Positions 19,936 to 28,685 of a stretch of 64,000 bases of DNA are shown here, in pieces (position 1 is the first letter of the stretch; every line of letters starts with the position of its first letter). This stretch comes from a virus (taxonomy: Duplodnaviria; Caudoviricetes). Under the pieces are notes generated by a model. That model saw only the letters and a list, made by a program, of their open reading frames with translations. It was not told where the DNA came from and ran no database searches. Where the stretch lies: positions 19,169 through 83,168 of the IMG/VR virus record IMGVR_UViG_2636415473_000002; one strand, written 5' to 3'. Position numbers and translations under genes: made by a program.

Positions 19936-20652
19936 GTGTTTATGGCAATTAATGACCTACCAAAATACAAAGATATTCGAGGAAGCATCCGACGTAATGG
20001 TCGATACCCAGTCGTTGGTACTGCTATAAAAGATACTCATGTTGTACATCACTCCATGACTGCTCAGCATTTAAAGGGATCCACTCCACAAGCTTTTGCC
20101 AATACTCACATAGATACAAATAAATGGCCAGGCATTGCGTACGCTTTTGTAATCATGCCTGACGGGACTATTTATCAGTGTGATGATCTTGACCGAAGAA
20201 CCTACCATGCGGGTGATATAAATACGAGGTCTATTGGAACTTGCTTAGTAGGTGATTTTCGGAAAGAAGGTGCAGCAGAGAAGCCAACAGCAGAGCAAAT
20301 GCAATCTCTTTATCTATTAAATAAGGAGCTATATAAAGTGCTGTCAAACATGAAGATTACTCTTGGACATCAAGAATGCCCAGGTTATGCATGGAAGAAC
20401 TGCCCGGGAGATACATGGAATTATAAAGATGTTATTTCTGGAAAGATTTTAATAAGCGAAAAGAAGGAGGAACCAAAAGTGGCAGAACGCGACATTGATA
20501 AGGTTAGCGATTGGGCGAAAAAGGATTGGGAAGAGGCTATAGCAAATGGTTACTTTGATGGTACAAGACCGGGATCTCCTTTCACAAGGGAAGAAGCTGC
20601 TATTGTAATAAATCGTTTAAGGAAGAATTTATTAGAGTTGATAAGTAAATAA
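19936..20652 (+). CDS. Endolysin: Amidase_2 catalytic domain plus SLH-like cell-wall-binding domain
   Basis: VVHHS, GIAYAFVI.PDGTIY, YHAG, GHQE, CPG; C-terminal DGTRP...TREEAA. Confidence 0.9.
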   Translation: MFMAINDLPKYKDIRGSIRRNGRYPVVGTAIKDTHVVHHSMTAQHLKGSTPQAFANTHIDTNKWPGIAYAFVIMPDGTIYQCDDLDRRTYHAGDINTRSIGTCLVGDFRKEGAAEKPTAEQMQSLYLLNKELYKVLSNMKITLGHQECPGYAWKNCPGDTWNYKDVISGKILISEKKEEPKVAERDIDKVSDWAKKDWEEAIANGYFDGTRPGSPFTREEAAIVINRLRKNLLELISK

Positions 20653-20764
20653 AAAAATCACCCGAAAGTTCCACCTTTCGGATGATTGTCTCGATAAGTT
20701 TTATGACTTATCAATCAAAGTCTACTTGTAGTTTACCCAGTAGAGAAGATATTAAACTCCATAC

Positions 20765-20799
20765 AAAAGGCCCTTCTCTTAATTGAGAGGGGCTTCTTT
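20765..20799. terminator. Bidirectional intrinsic terminator
   Basis: GCCCTTCTC-TTAATT-GAGAGGGGC hairpin between convergent genes; copies at 29471 and 62989. Confidence 0.75.
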
Positions 20800-20805
20800 G
20801 AATTA

Positions 20806-21627
20806 TTAATAAGTAACCTCAAATTCAAAAGGTTTAATGTCTACTTCATAGTTATTAGATGAGCCTTCCATAAATACTTTTAATGTTCCTGATTCAGGTA
20901 TAGTCGGATAAGCAATAATACCCTCAGTAGTTACTCCAGGTAAAATATCTGATTGAATATCTGGATAATTAAATTCATTATTTTCTTCGTATTGCTTACC
21001 ATCAATAACGAGTTTCGTATTGAAAGTATAGAATGAAATGCTATCATTTGAGTTATTGGTAATAGTCACATATGCTCTAGTTTCTTTTTCTGCAATTTCA
21101 ACTTTATCCAACTTTAGCAAGTAACCATGTTGATCTATCTCTTTATTTATTTCTATTGTTTTAATTGCAGGTGCAAATGCTGTGGCGTAATCAGAAACCT
21201 CAATTTTATCAGCTTGTATTGCAGGTGCTGTAACTTTCCCACCCATTAGATTTTCTCCTTCAAATATGTCCTTTATTGTTCCAGTAATATGTACAATGTC
21301 ATCTGTTTTGACATCTAAGCTAGGATCCAAAATTGCTACAATAGTATTCTTATCACTATTATCCTCTGCAAACACTTGTAGGTATGTGCCGTCATCGTCT
21401 TTTTCTGGTTCAGTAAAAACTCTACCATAGTAATCTACTTTACTACCCTTGTATTTTTTAGGATCAGAAAGCATTTTAGTAAACTCTTCTTTGGTTAATA
21501 ATTTACTATTAGTTTTTTCTTTCTTTGGAGCATCTGCTTTTTCGGATCCTGATGAATTTTCAGCATTACAAGCAGTTAGAGCAAAAACAAGTATTAATAA
21601 AAAAGATAAACATAAAATTTTCTTCAC
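20806..21627 (-). CDS. Prophage lipoprotein (OB-fold plus DUF4352-like domain)
   Basis: Lipobox ALTAC; KYKGSKV..YGRV; DILPGVTTEGIIAY. Confidence 0.8.
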   Translation of the reverse strand: MKKILCLSFLLILVFALTACNAENSSGSEKADAPKKEKTNSKLLTKEEFTKMLSDPKKYKGSKVDYYGRVFTEPEKDDDGTYLQVFAEDNSDKNTIVAILDPSLDVKTDDIVHITGTIKDIFEGENLMGGKVTAPAIQADKIEVSDYATAFAPAIKTIEINKEIDQHGYLLKLDKVEIAEKETRAYVTITNNSNDSISFYTFNTKLVIDGKQYEENNEFNYPDIQSDILPGVTTEGIIAYPTIPESGTLKVFMEGSSNNYEVDIKPFEFEVTY

Positions 21628-21723
21628 AATATTTCCTCCTTCGATATGTAGGTAAAATAACCTATTTGATACATTAAAAGATTACCAGTTTTGGATGGCG
21701 ATTGTAAATGCCTAAATCCACAT

Positions 21724-21918
21724 TCATTCATCATATTCGTAAAGGTCATCTACTTTTACACCTAATAACCGCGACAACTTAAATGCTTTGTCCATCGGTA
21801 TTAGCGCCTCCATCGTTTCGTATTTCCTCAACTGTCGCACAGTTATGCCTAATTGTTCGGCTATAAACGCTTTCCTTAATCCTTTACCCTTTATTAACTC
21901 TCCCACTCTACTTTTCAT
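21724..21918 (-). CDS. XRE/Cro-type HTH regulator
   Basis: IAEQLGIT..QLRKYE..IP..KAFKLSRLLGVKVDDLY. Confidence 0.88.
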   Translation of the reverse strand: MKSRVGELIKGKGLRKAFIAEQLGITVRQLRKYETMEALIPMDKAFKLSRLLGVKVDDLYEYDE

Positions 21919-22145
21919 ATGATCACCTAATAACCGATTTTAATTTTAGTGGTTATGTCAAAGAGTTAATAACAGCCGACATGCAAAGAAAAGAGAAATT
22001 AAAGATCATCCACACGAAAGAAAGTGGGGGAATTAAGATTGTCATAGGCCAGTAATACTACTCCTCTTTCTACATCTCTTCTGTAACACTGTTACACGGT
22101 TGACGTTGGTAATTGTCACGACAAATGGAAAGGGGATGCTTAAAC

Positions 22146-22418
22146 ATGATAGAAGGGAAGGGCTTAGGCAATAAGAAAGTAAACCGAGTCGGTGTTTCAC
22201 TTTCGAATGCGTTCAATCAGAAATTAAATAAGTTAGCTGTGGCCTGTAACATGAAGCCGACCACGCTTGCAGGACTACTTATCGAAAGAAGCTTGAACAA
22301 TCCAAGATTGATATCAGATCTCCAAAATGAGCATGCAGTCCACACTGCCTATAAGGTATTGCCGATTAGAGATTACGAAACTGGCGAACTCCTATATGTT
22401 TTGAACGAAAGGTGGTAA
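22146..22418 (+). CDS. Hypothetical, possible ribbon-helix-helix DNA-binding protein
   Basis: RVGVSLS..KLNKLAVAC..PTTLAGLLIE pattern; RBS before ATG 22146. Confidence 0.55.
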   Translation: MIEGKGLGNKKVNRVGVSLSNAFNQKLNKLAVACNMKPTTLAGLLIERSLNNPRLISDLQNEHAVHTAYKVLPIRDYETGELLYVLNERW

Positions 22419-22424
22419 TACCGT

Positions 22425-22679
22425 ATGGAATGGATAAGCTTCCTCACAGGTGCCATGGGTACAGCCTTTGCATTCGCCTTGTTTTCGAATAATGATGATG
22501 CCGAAATCGAAACTGAATTTGAAACTGACGATAGCGAACTTGAAGTAAATGACTTTTCAGTTAGACACGTTACCCTGTCATGCCAGACTTGTAGAAAACT
22601 AAAAAGGCATAAAGAGATTGAAGCTAACTTGTATCAATGTACCAAGTGCAAAAGGCATGTGGATTTAAGGGCTTCATAA
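22425..22679 (+). CDS. Membrane-anchored zinc-ribbon protein
   Basis: N-terminal hydrophobic segment, acidic linker, CQTC...CTKC. Confidence 0.6.
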   Translation: MEWISFLTGAMGTAFAFALFSNNDDAEIETEFETDDSELEVNDFSVRHVTLSCQTCRKLKRHKEIEANLYQCTKCKRHVDLRAS

Positions 22680-22732
22680 GATTTATCCATCAATAAAATT
22701 CGCATCAAAGTAAAGCTTGTCAATAAGTTATA

Positions 22733-22764
22733 AATGCCCGATAATTACCCGACAAACGCCCGAT
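22733..22764. repeat. Candidate integrase arm-type sites (3 x N(G/A)CCCGA, 11-bp period)
   Basis: TGCCCGA, TACCCGA, CGCCCGA just inside attR. Confidence 0.5.
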
Positions 22765-22865
22765 TTTTCATAAAGTATTTAGATTTGATTCGATTCCCTA
22801 ATTTTCGAAAGTACTGATAAACAAGCATTTTCAAACTATCTTGATTCACTCTTATGGACTAGAGT

Positions 22866-22922
22866 ATGTTTAGAACGCAAGTTCACCCATGGGAACGCGA
22901 ACAATATATGAACATGTATTAA
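22866..22922 (+). other. glnA: attR: duplicated 3' end of glutamine synthetase gene
   Basis: Translates MFRTQVHPWEREQYMNMY*, matching the Bacillus GlnA C-terminus (DMFRTQVHPWEREQYM); no upstream glnA body. Confidence 0.9.
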
Positions 22923-22930
22923 ATCGTGGG

Positions 22931-22964
22931 AAGCCTTGACACATCTAGTGTTGGGGCTTTTTTG
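22931..22964. terminator. Terminator after glnA 3' copy
   Basis: AAGCCTTGACAC-ATCTA-GTGTTGGGGCTT followed by T tract. Confidence 0.75.
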
Positions 22965-23031
22965 TTTTGGGCAGATTGCGCCTTTTCCATCAGCGTTTTA
23001 GCAATTGCCCAAGAATTGCCCAAAGAATAAA

Positions 23032-23139
23032 TTATTCAAGTACATTTTTCATATGCTCTTCGAATTTATTCATTTCGTCTTGTTCGATTTTTTTACTAAT
23101 ATGTGAATAAACATCAGAGGTTATTTGCATACTACCGTG
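23032..23139 (-). pseudogene. Tyrosine integrase C-terminal stub
   Basis: HGSMQITSDVYSHISKKIEQDEMNKFEE..*: box II H..(I)T..Y.H with catalytic Tyr; rest missing. Confidence 0.85.
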
Positions 23140-23979
23140 TCAGGATGATTAAGACCCATTAATGTACCGATAGATATCATAAGAATTCGTGATGTATTAA
23201 TTTTATTTTCTAAATCATTAAGTATTAATTCCTTTATTTTCATAACTTAACTCCTATAGATTTGTTATTGAAACCTAAAAAGGCACGAAATAACATTATA
23301 GGATAATTTTTAACTAGTTTGTAAATCTCGACAAAAAATATCATAATACGACAAAATTTCTTTTTTAGAGTAATAATTGATCGGAAATTTAGAATGTATA
23401 AAGTTACTGCGTAGTTCGACGAAACGGTAGAATTAAATATCCTATTATTTAGCCTTTATTTGACACTACTTAGAATGCAAGTTGAAATTGTAATTTTTAT
23501 TAACAACTACAGTTACCTGATTCTTCTTCAATAATAGAAGTGATAATAGGATAATCAAAGCGGATAAACAAGTGATATTCTTCTTAGTCAAGTGGTTCAC
23601 AGCCTTTCATATATTGGGGATTATACCATTTTAGTGAATATTATGTAAATCCAATAATTAATATGATAGTAGCTTTAAAAAGTTTATAAAATTTGAGTTT
23701 CATTGTAATTCAATAGACAAAACTGTGAGATAAGGGAGGAGTTTAACAATGGAAAAGATGAAATTTCATTGGGAAAAAGGAAATAAGAAAGGATTAATTT
23801 AGTGTCGCAGTACGACGAAACACTTCCGAAAGATCGAAAAAATATGAAACAGATTCATTCGACAAGATTCTACATAAGTAGGTGTCACAGAATGGTGGTA
23901 AATTTGCTTTATTTTTAAATCTGAATGAATTGGTGGACATTAAAACGCCTTAGATGGCTTAATAAGGGAGATTACGAGA

Positions 23980-24488
23980 ATGTCAAAAACTCAATTAAAT
24001 GTTTTGTTCAAAAAGATCCAAAAGGATGATAAAAAAGAGGTTCTTGAGTTTCATGTGCAAGGGGATGAGTTGCCGCATTCTCAACAACTGGTTAGTATGG
24101 CCGGCTCCATTGTTTATCTGGATGTGGAAACGAGCAAAGTAGGGGAAATCAACGCTGAATTTAAATCCATACAGCGCTACTCCAAGAAAACTACATTAAA
24201 ATTCAATGTTAAGGGTGATAGTGAGGATAAAATGAACAAGCTTTACCCCCGTATGCTGGCCGAAGTGTTTCTCTTCTTTTGGAAGCTTCGCAAATGTCCA
24301 TAGAGGAATTCAATGAAGCGCACGAGGGTATTGAATATTCAATTGAGAAGGATGGTACTGCAAAGGTGGCTGCCGATCAAATGTCCCTTGATGATGTGGA
24401 AGAAGGTCAGGTACAAGATGCACCAGAGCAAAATGAAGATGATCCGTTCGATGCTACTGGCTTTGACGATGAGGATCTACTAGATTAA
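23980..24488 (+). pseudogene. Frameshifted phage early protein (acidic C-terminus)
   Basis: ORFs 23980-24303 and 24279-24488 join across a shift in the C run at ~24246 (LYP/YAGRSVSLLLEASQMSIEEF). Confidence 0.7.
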
Positions 24489-24541
24489 TAGTAAAATCCC
24501 TGAGCTTAGGCTTGGGGTGTTCCTGGGAAATGGGGGATACA

Positions 24542-24994
24542 ATGACTTTTGAATTACCAGAATTAGATAGGAAGTCTACACAAGCAGCCGTTGAAGTTGC
24601 CTTGGAGAAATACCGGTTGTTTAAATACTTAATCTTTGAAGATAGGGAAGCATCAATCACAGTAAGTTCTGAGGCTCGTTATCATGGTCCTACTAACCAG
24701 ATAAATGACCAGACTGGAGATATTGCAATATACAATGCAGATCAACAAAAATATAGAAAAGAATATTGCGAACGATTGGAACGGGCTGTGAGTCGGCTGC
24801 CTAAGATGGAAAGGTTTTTAATAGAGGAACGATATATATCGCAGGATGGGGATTACTTAACAGATTATCAGGTATATTGTTTCAAATTTCAGCCTCCAAT
24901 TAGCGCGATGACCTATGCAAAAATTCGCTGGAAAGCTTTTTATAGGGTTGCTTTAAATATGAATATAGCTATAACAAAAGAAGCCATTACATAA
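24542..24994 (+). CDS. arpU: ArpU/RinA-family late transcriptional activator
   Basis: LPELDRK.TQ..V..ALEKYR; RAVSRLP..ER.LIEERY; TY..IR.KAFY. Confidence 0.85.
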   Translation: MTFELPELDRKSTQAAVEVALEKYRLFKYLIFEDREASITVSSEARYHGPTNQINDQTGDIAIYNADQQKYRKEYCERLERAVSRLPKMERFLIEERYISQDGDYLTDYQVYCFKFQPPISAMTYAKIRWKAFYRVALNMNIAITKEAIT

Positions 24995-25862
24995 TGGCTT
25001 CTTCGTTACTATACAAATTAGCTTCTGTCATGTATAAGTCGAAGTGTTCTTCTTTGATTAAAATCTTGCTATTTAAATTGTCTAACAAATTATATTTATG
25101 CATTAGTATCATGAAGTTGTACCCATGTAACCCTAATGAGTTGTAAAGAAGAAATGCTAGCTCTGTAGATGAAAGTTGCGCTCTCAATATACCGATGTAC
25201 GTCTTTTTTTCCTCAAGTTCGAGTAATTCTGATACGTCGATAAACTTTACAATTCTATATAGATTCCTAAAATAATGACCAAGCTGATCTTCATTTTTTA
25301 AGAAAAAACTATGATAGTTTATCCTAACTCTATCAATTTCGTTTTTATTTAGAAAATCATTATTAAAGGTGTTTTTAACATGAATGCGATAAGAGTCGTT
25401 CAAAGCCTGATAAAAATAAAAAAACGAGTTCCTTCCAACTTTATTAGAGCTCATACTATCTTCATAAACCATGGCATTAACTATATCAATGTGAAGATTG
25501 ACCATTTGGAAAAAAGTATTTTCAAATCGTTGGATGGATAATGTTTTATTTTGCAATTCAAATTCTTTTCGAGTAGCCTTCATTTCATCAATTGAATTCC
25601 TTAACTCTTCATTTTGCATTTCAAGTTGCTTACCTTGCATTTCAAGTTGTTCTTTTTGCATTTTTAGTGTTATAACGATGGCTAAAAAGCTAATGAAAGT
25701 CAATATTGGTACTGTCGTTCCTGCAAAAAAGTCGCCGAATGGTCCTAAATATGAAAAATCTATGTGGAATGCTTTAATTGCAATTATTCCAAGTACTCCT
25801 GGAATAGGTACTAAAAAAAGACAGTACCATAATGTTGTTAATTCAAATTTCAATCTTTTCAT
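24987..25862 (-). CDS. Putative phage abortive-infection protein (putAbiC-like), two N-terminal TM helices
   Basis: GDFFAG, QRFENTFF, LGHYFRNLYRIVKFID, YIGILRAQLS..EL..LLYN. Confidence 0.8.
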   Translation of the reverse strand: MKRLKFELTTLWYCLFLVPIPGVLGIIAIKAFHIDFSYLGPFGDFFAGTTVPILTFISFLAIVITLKMQKEQLEMQGKQLEMQNEELRNSIDEMKATRKEFELQNKTLSIQRFENTFFQMVNLHIDIVNAMVYEDSMSSNKVGRNSFFYFYQALNDSYRIHVKNTFNNDFLNKNEIDRVRINYHSFFLKNEDQLGHYFRNLYRIVKFIDVSELLELEEKKTYIGILRAQLSSTELAFLLYNSLGLHGYNFMILMHKYNLLDNLNSKILIKEEHFDLYMTEANLYSNEEAIM

Positions 25863-26042
25863 TGGAGAACCCTCTTTCTTAAATAATACATTTATTATTC
25901 TAACTGTTAAATGATAAAAATAATAGAAAATATTTCAAATAAAAATAGTAAAAGAATGTGTGTTGTTTGCATTTAGACATGATAAATTTATAACATCGAG
26001 AAAGTTACAAGGACGGCACTTAGGTTTTGAGTGTCCTCTTTT

Positions 26043-26130
26043 TATGTTCTTTGTAAACTAGGCGCTCGTAAAAAAATACTCCAAACTTGTTTCGCATATG
26101 TAATTGAGTGTCTAGTTTAGAGGGAATATA
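26043..26130 (+). ncRNA. Candidate structured RNA hairpin
   Basis: 25-bp stem (26043-67 with 26106-30) with 5 G-U pairs and 1 mismatch. Confidence 0.4.
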
Positions 26131-26308
26131 ATCAACTGTACTCCATATGGAGGACGGTGAATCTAGTTCCTTCATTAGAGCGAGATTCCTAAAGAAAACA
26201 TTAAAGAAAACTACCTAGCAAATGATATTTGCAAGGGAAGAATTAATTTAATAAAAGGAATAACTAATATTATGTTGAAGTATAAGTAGTAGGGAAGGAG
26301 GAGTTAAT

Positions 26309-26515
26309 TTGAACATCAGGATGAGGTATAGGTTATTCAAACAAGTAGGAGAAATAATAGTTCCAGATAAATTTGATAGCTTTAAAGTCATTACTGTAAA
26401 TGACGAATTAGATCCTAATTCTCCAGAAGGTCGTGAAGAAATTATTACACAATTACATAGAGCCATCGGTGAACCTAAAGCTAATGTTAAAGTATTAGAT
26501 GGGACATTAGTATAA
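26309..26515 (+). CDS. Hypothetical protein
   Basis: AAGGAGG RBS, TTG start. Confidence 0.6.
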   Translation: MNIRMRYRLFKQVGEIIVPDKFDSFKVITVNDELDPNSPEGREEIITQLHRAIGEPKANVKVLDGTLV

Positions 26516-26556
26516 GCAACACTTTATTAGGCGCTTTAGAAAGGGGCGAGAATAAA

Positions 26557-26652
26557 ATGAAAGATCCAGGTACAGGTGGTTATCCAATGTTGCAAGGAGA
26601 TCCAGGTGTTGCTGGTAGTCTTGCTTTACGAAAAGGTATTGTTCGTCCATAA
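26557..26652 (+). CDS. 31-aa peptide with repeated DPG motif
   Basis: AAGGGG RBS; MKDPGTGGYPMLQGDPGVAGSLALRKGIVRP*; terminator downstream. Confidence 0.5.
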   Translation: MKDPGTGGYPMLQGDPGVAGSLALRKGIVRP

Positions 26653-26765
26653 TTATATAGTATGAAAGGCACTCATTTAATGGGTGTCTTTTTTTAAAAA
26701 AAATTTATTCAAATCATTCCCTATTCTATATAGATATATCATAATAATCATGTGGAGGGGTTAGG

Positions 26766-27290
26766 TTGGATAAAAAAGAAATAAAGGCTAAAAAGATAAA
26801 TTTTATTTATTTAATACCAGTAATAATAATTGTAACACCTATTCTTCTTGGATTACTTTTAAATATACCAGGAGGGAAATTAACAATTGGCGATGAAGGA
26901 TCTTGGGTAGGTTTTTTTTGCAATTATTCCAGCGGGATTATAGGAGGAATAGTTGCATAAATTGTTGCAAAGCAACAATTTAATCAAGGTGAGATTAATA
27001 GAATAAAAATAAATAATGAGCAGGAACGAGCTTCTTTACTTAGAATAAGATTTGAATTATTAAAAATAAAAGAGGAATTTAAGTCTGTATCAAAAGTTGA
27101 AGAAGACGTAAATAAAATTAATCAGCCTATTCCTTTTACACGTTTAGGTATAAGAGAATTAAATTCACTAAACTGGTCAAAAGCATCAAATATTTCAGAT
27201 TATTTCGCTTTAAAGCAAGTGAATTAGCTTTTAATGTAGATGAGGATGATATGATTTTAGCTATTGAACAACGTCTAAATGAACAATAGG
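26766..27290 (+). pseudogene. Decayed membrane-anchored moron protein
   Basis: W.GF..NY.SGIIGG.VA motif, then in-frame stop at 26958 and continued coding-like sequence. Confidence 0.55.
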
Positions 27291-27448
27291 AAATTGATGT
27301 GTAGCAAACCAAACACCTAATGAGGTTTATTTTTATGTAATCCCCGGATGATAAATAGTAATTATTAAAGAATAATATTGAGATTTGCAGACCAAATGAA
27401 CTATAATTCACCTGGGGAAATAAGTTTTAAAGATCTACTGCTGACGGA

Positions 27449-27482
27449 TCGCCGTGTGCGATGAAAGTCGCCTGCACGGTGA
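27449..27482 (+). ncRNA. Orphan group II intron domain V
   Basis: 34-nt TCGCCGTGTGCGATGAAAGTCGCCTGCACGGTGA: CGC triad, GAAA loop, 2-nt bulge, compensatory pairs relative to consensus. Confidence 0.75.
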
Positions 27483-27725
27483 AGGCTCGTTATAAAACCT
27501 AGATAGAGAAATGGTATAAGACGAGAATAGCGCACCACAAGCAAGTTATGTTTGGAATGAAACAACGAACGTTTTAACAATAACTGGGCTTACTGTTACA
27601 GATGGGCAAATGAATGACCAAACACAATTAACGACTGCAACAAGCCCTGGGACTTCCAGTTATCAAACGGTAATACTAGTAAAATTTCTGTAGCTTTTAC
27701 AGGCGGAGAAACTAATTATGATTCG

Positions 27726-27956
27726 ATGAATTTTGAACAACCTTCCAATGGTTTATACGCAACTGTAATAGGAGCCAATCAGATTCAGTTTAGCTTAGAT
27801 ACTACTGAAGATAATATAAATTATCCTGGTCTATTATCTTTTAGCCAAGATCATTTACTGGTTACTGTAGAAGATGCGAATGATCCAACTTTAAAAGTTA
27901 CGATTGATTTAAACATTGATACAACAAACCCAGATAACATTAGAAAAAATAACTAA
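27726..27956 (+). pseudogene. Fragment, possibly of a tail/structural gene
   Basis: Thr/Asn-rich ORF without RBS just before the second lysis cassette. Confidence 0.3.
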
Positions 27957-28100
27957 CATTGTTACCTCGCTGTTTTTTCAGTGAGGTTTTTCTTTTACAT
28001 CAGGAAGATGATACGCAGTAAACAAAACATCCATGAGGTGTTTTTTTATGCATGAGGGCTCATTTGAGTCCTTTTTTATTTTGAAAAATTGGGGTGAAAC

Positions 28101-28391
28101 ATGGAGGTTCAAGTTGGTATTTCAATCTTGTGTACAGTGATAGGGGTCCTTATCGGTTTCTTAACATTCAGTAGGAACAGGGATAAGGATGTTAAAAACG
28201 ACGCCACAGAATCGGCGGTAATTAGAACGAAATTAGACAAGATTAGTCAGTCTGTAGATTCGATTAGAATTGATTTTAAAGCAAGTGATCAGCGCTGGAC
28301 GGCGCTATCAGAGCAAGTTATTCGCAACGATGAAAGTAATAAGCAAGCACATAAACGGATTGACTCATTAGAAAGTAAAGGGGAGAGTTGA
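28101..28391 (+). CDS. Lysis-associated membrane protein, paralog of 19371
   Basis: Shares NRDKDVK..A.ESAVIRTKLD.I..KQAHKR. Confidence 0.75.
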   Translation: MEVQVGISILCTVIGVLIGFLTFSRNRDKDVKNDATESAVIRTKLDKISQSVDSIRIDFKASDQRWTALSEQVIRNDESNKQAHKRIDSLESKGES

Positions 28392-28392
28392 A

Positions 28393-28638
28393 TTGGATAA
28401 AGCAAAACAATATGTAGCAATGATTGGCGGTGTCCTGGGGGCACTGCTTTTGTTTTTTCAAGCACTAGGTCTTGAAATTACTTGGTTTAATGAAACCACG
28501 ATTGACGTATTTACGAATTTCTTGATTGCTGCTGTTCCATTAGTTTTAGCTCTGTATGGTGTTTATAAAAACCAGTATGTACTAACGAACAAAGCTAAAA
28601 AGCAAGAGGAAGCATTGAAAAAACAAGGGTTGAAGTAA
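28393..28638 (+). CDS. Holin, near-identical to 19654-19899
   Basis: Only a few substitutions over 81 aa. Confidence 0.87.
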   Translation: MDKAKQYVAMIGGVLGALLLFFQALGLEITWFNETTIDVFTNFLIAAVPLVLALYGVYKNQYVLTNKAKKQEEALKKQGLK

Positions 28639-28685
28639 GCTGTCCACACGGATGGCTTTTTTTATTATATAAAGGAGATGATTAT

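Larger units (their letters stand above)
1..22922 (+). mobile_element. Prophage 1 (siphovirus, HK97/phi105-like), late region and right end; the left part lies outside the window
   Basis: Colinear uninterrupted packaging, head, tail and lysis genes ending at a duplicated glnA 3' end. Confidence 0.93.

Noticed and set aside
22866-22922. Functional glnA or small peptide gene
   Set aside because: Only the last 18 codons; best explained as an att duplication
25498-25914. 138-aa plus-strand ORF
   Set aside because: Antisense to the Abi-like gene
26130-26200. tRNA gene downstream of arpU
   Set aside because: No cloverleaf, T-loop GTTCRA or CCA end recognisable
27300-27550. Complete group II intron
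   Set aside because: No RT ORF, no recognisable 5' GUGYG at a plausible distance, no domain VI
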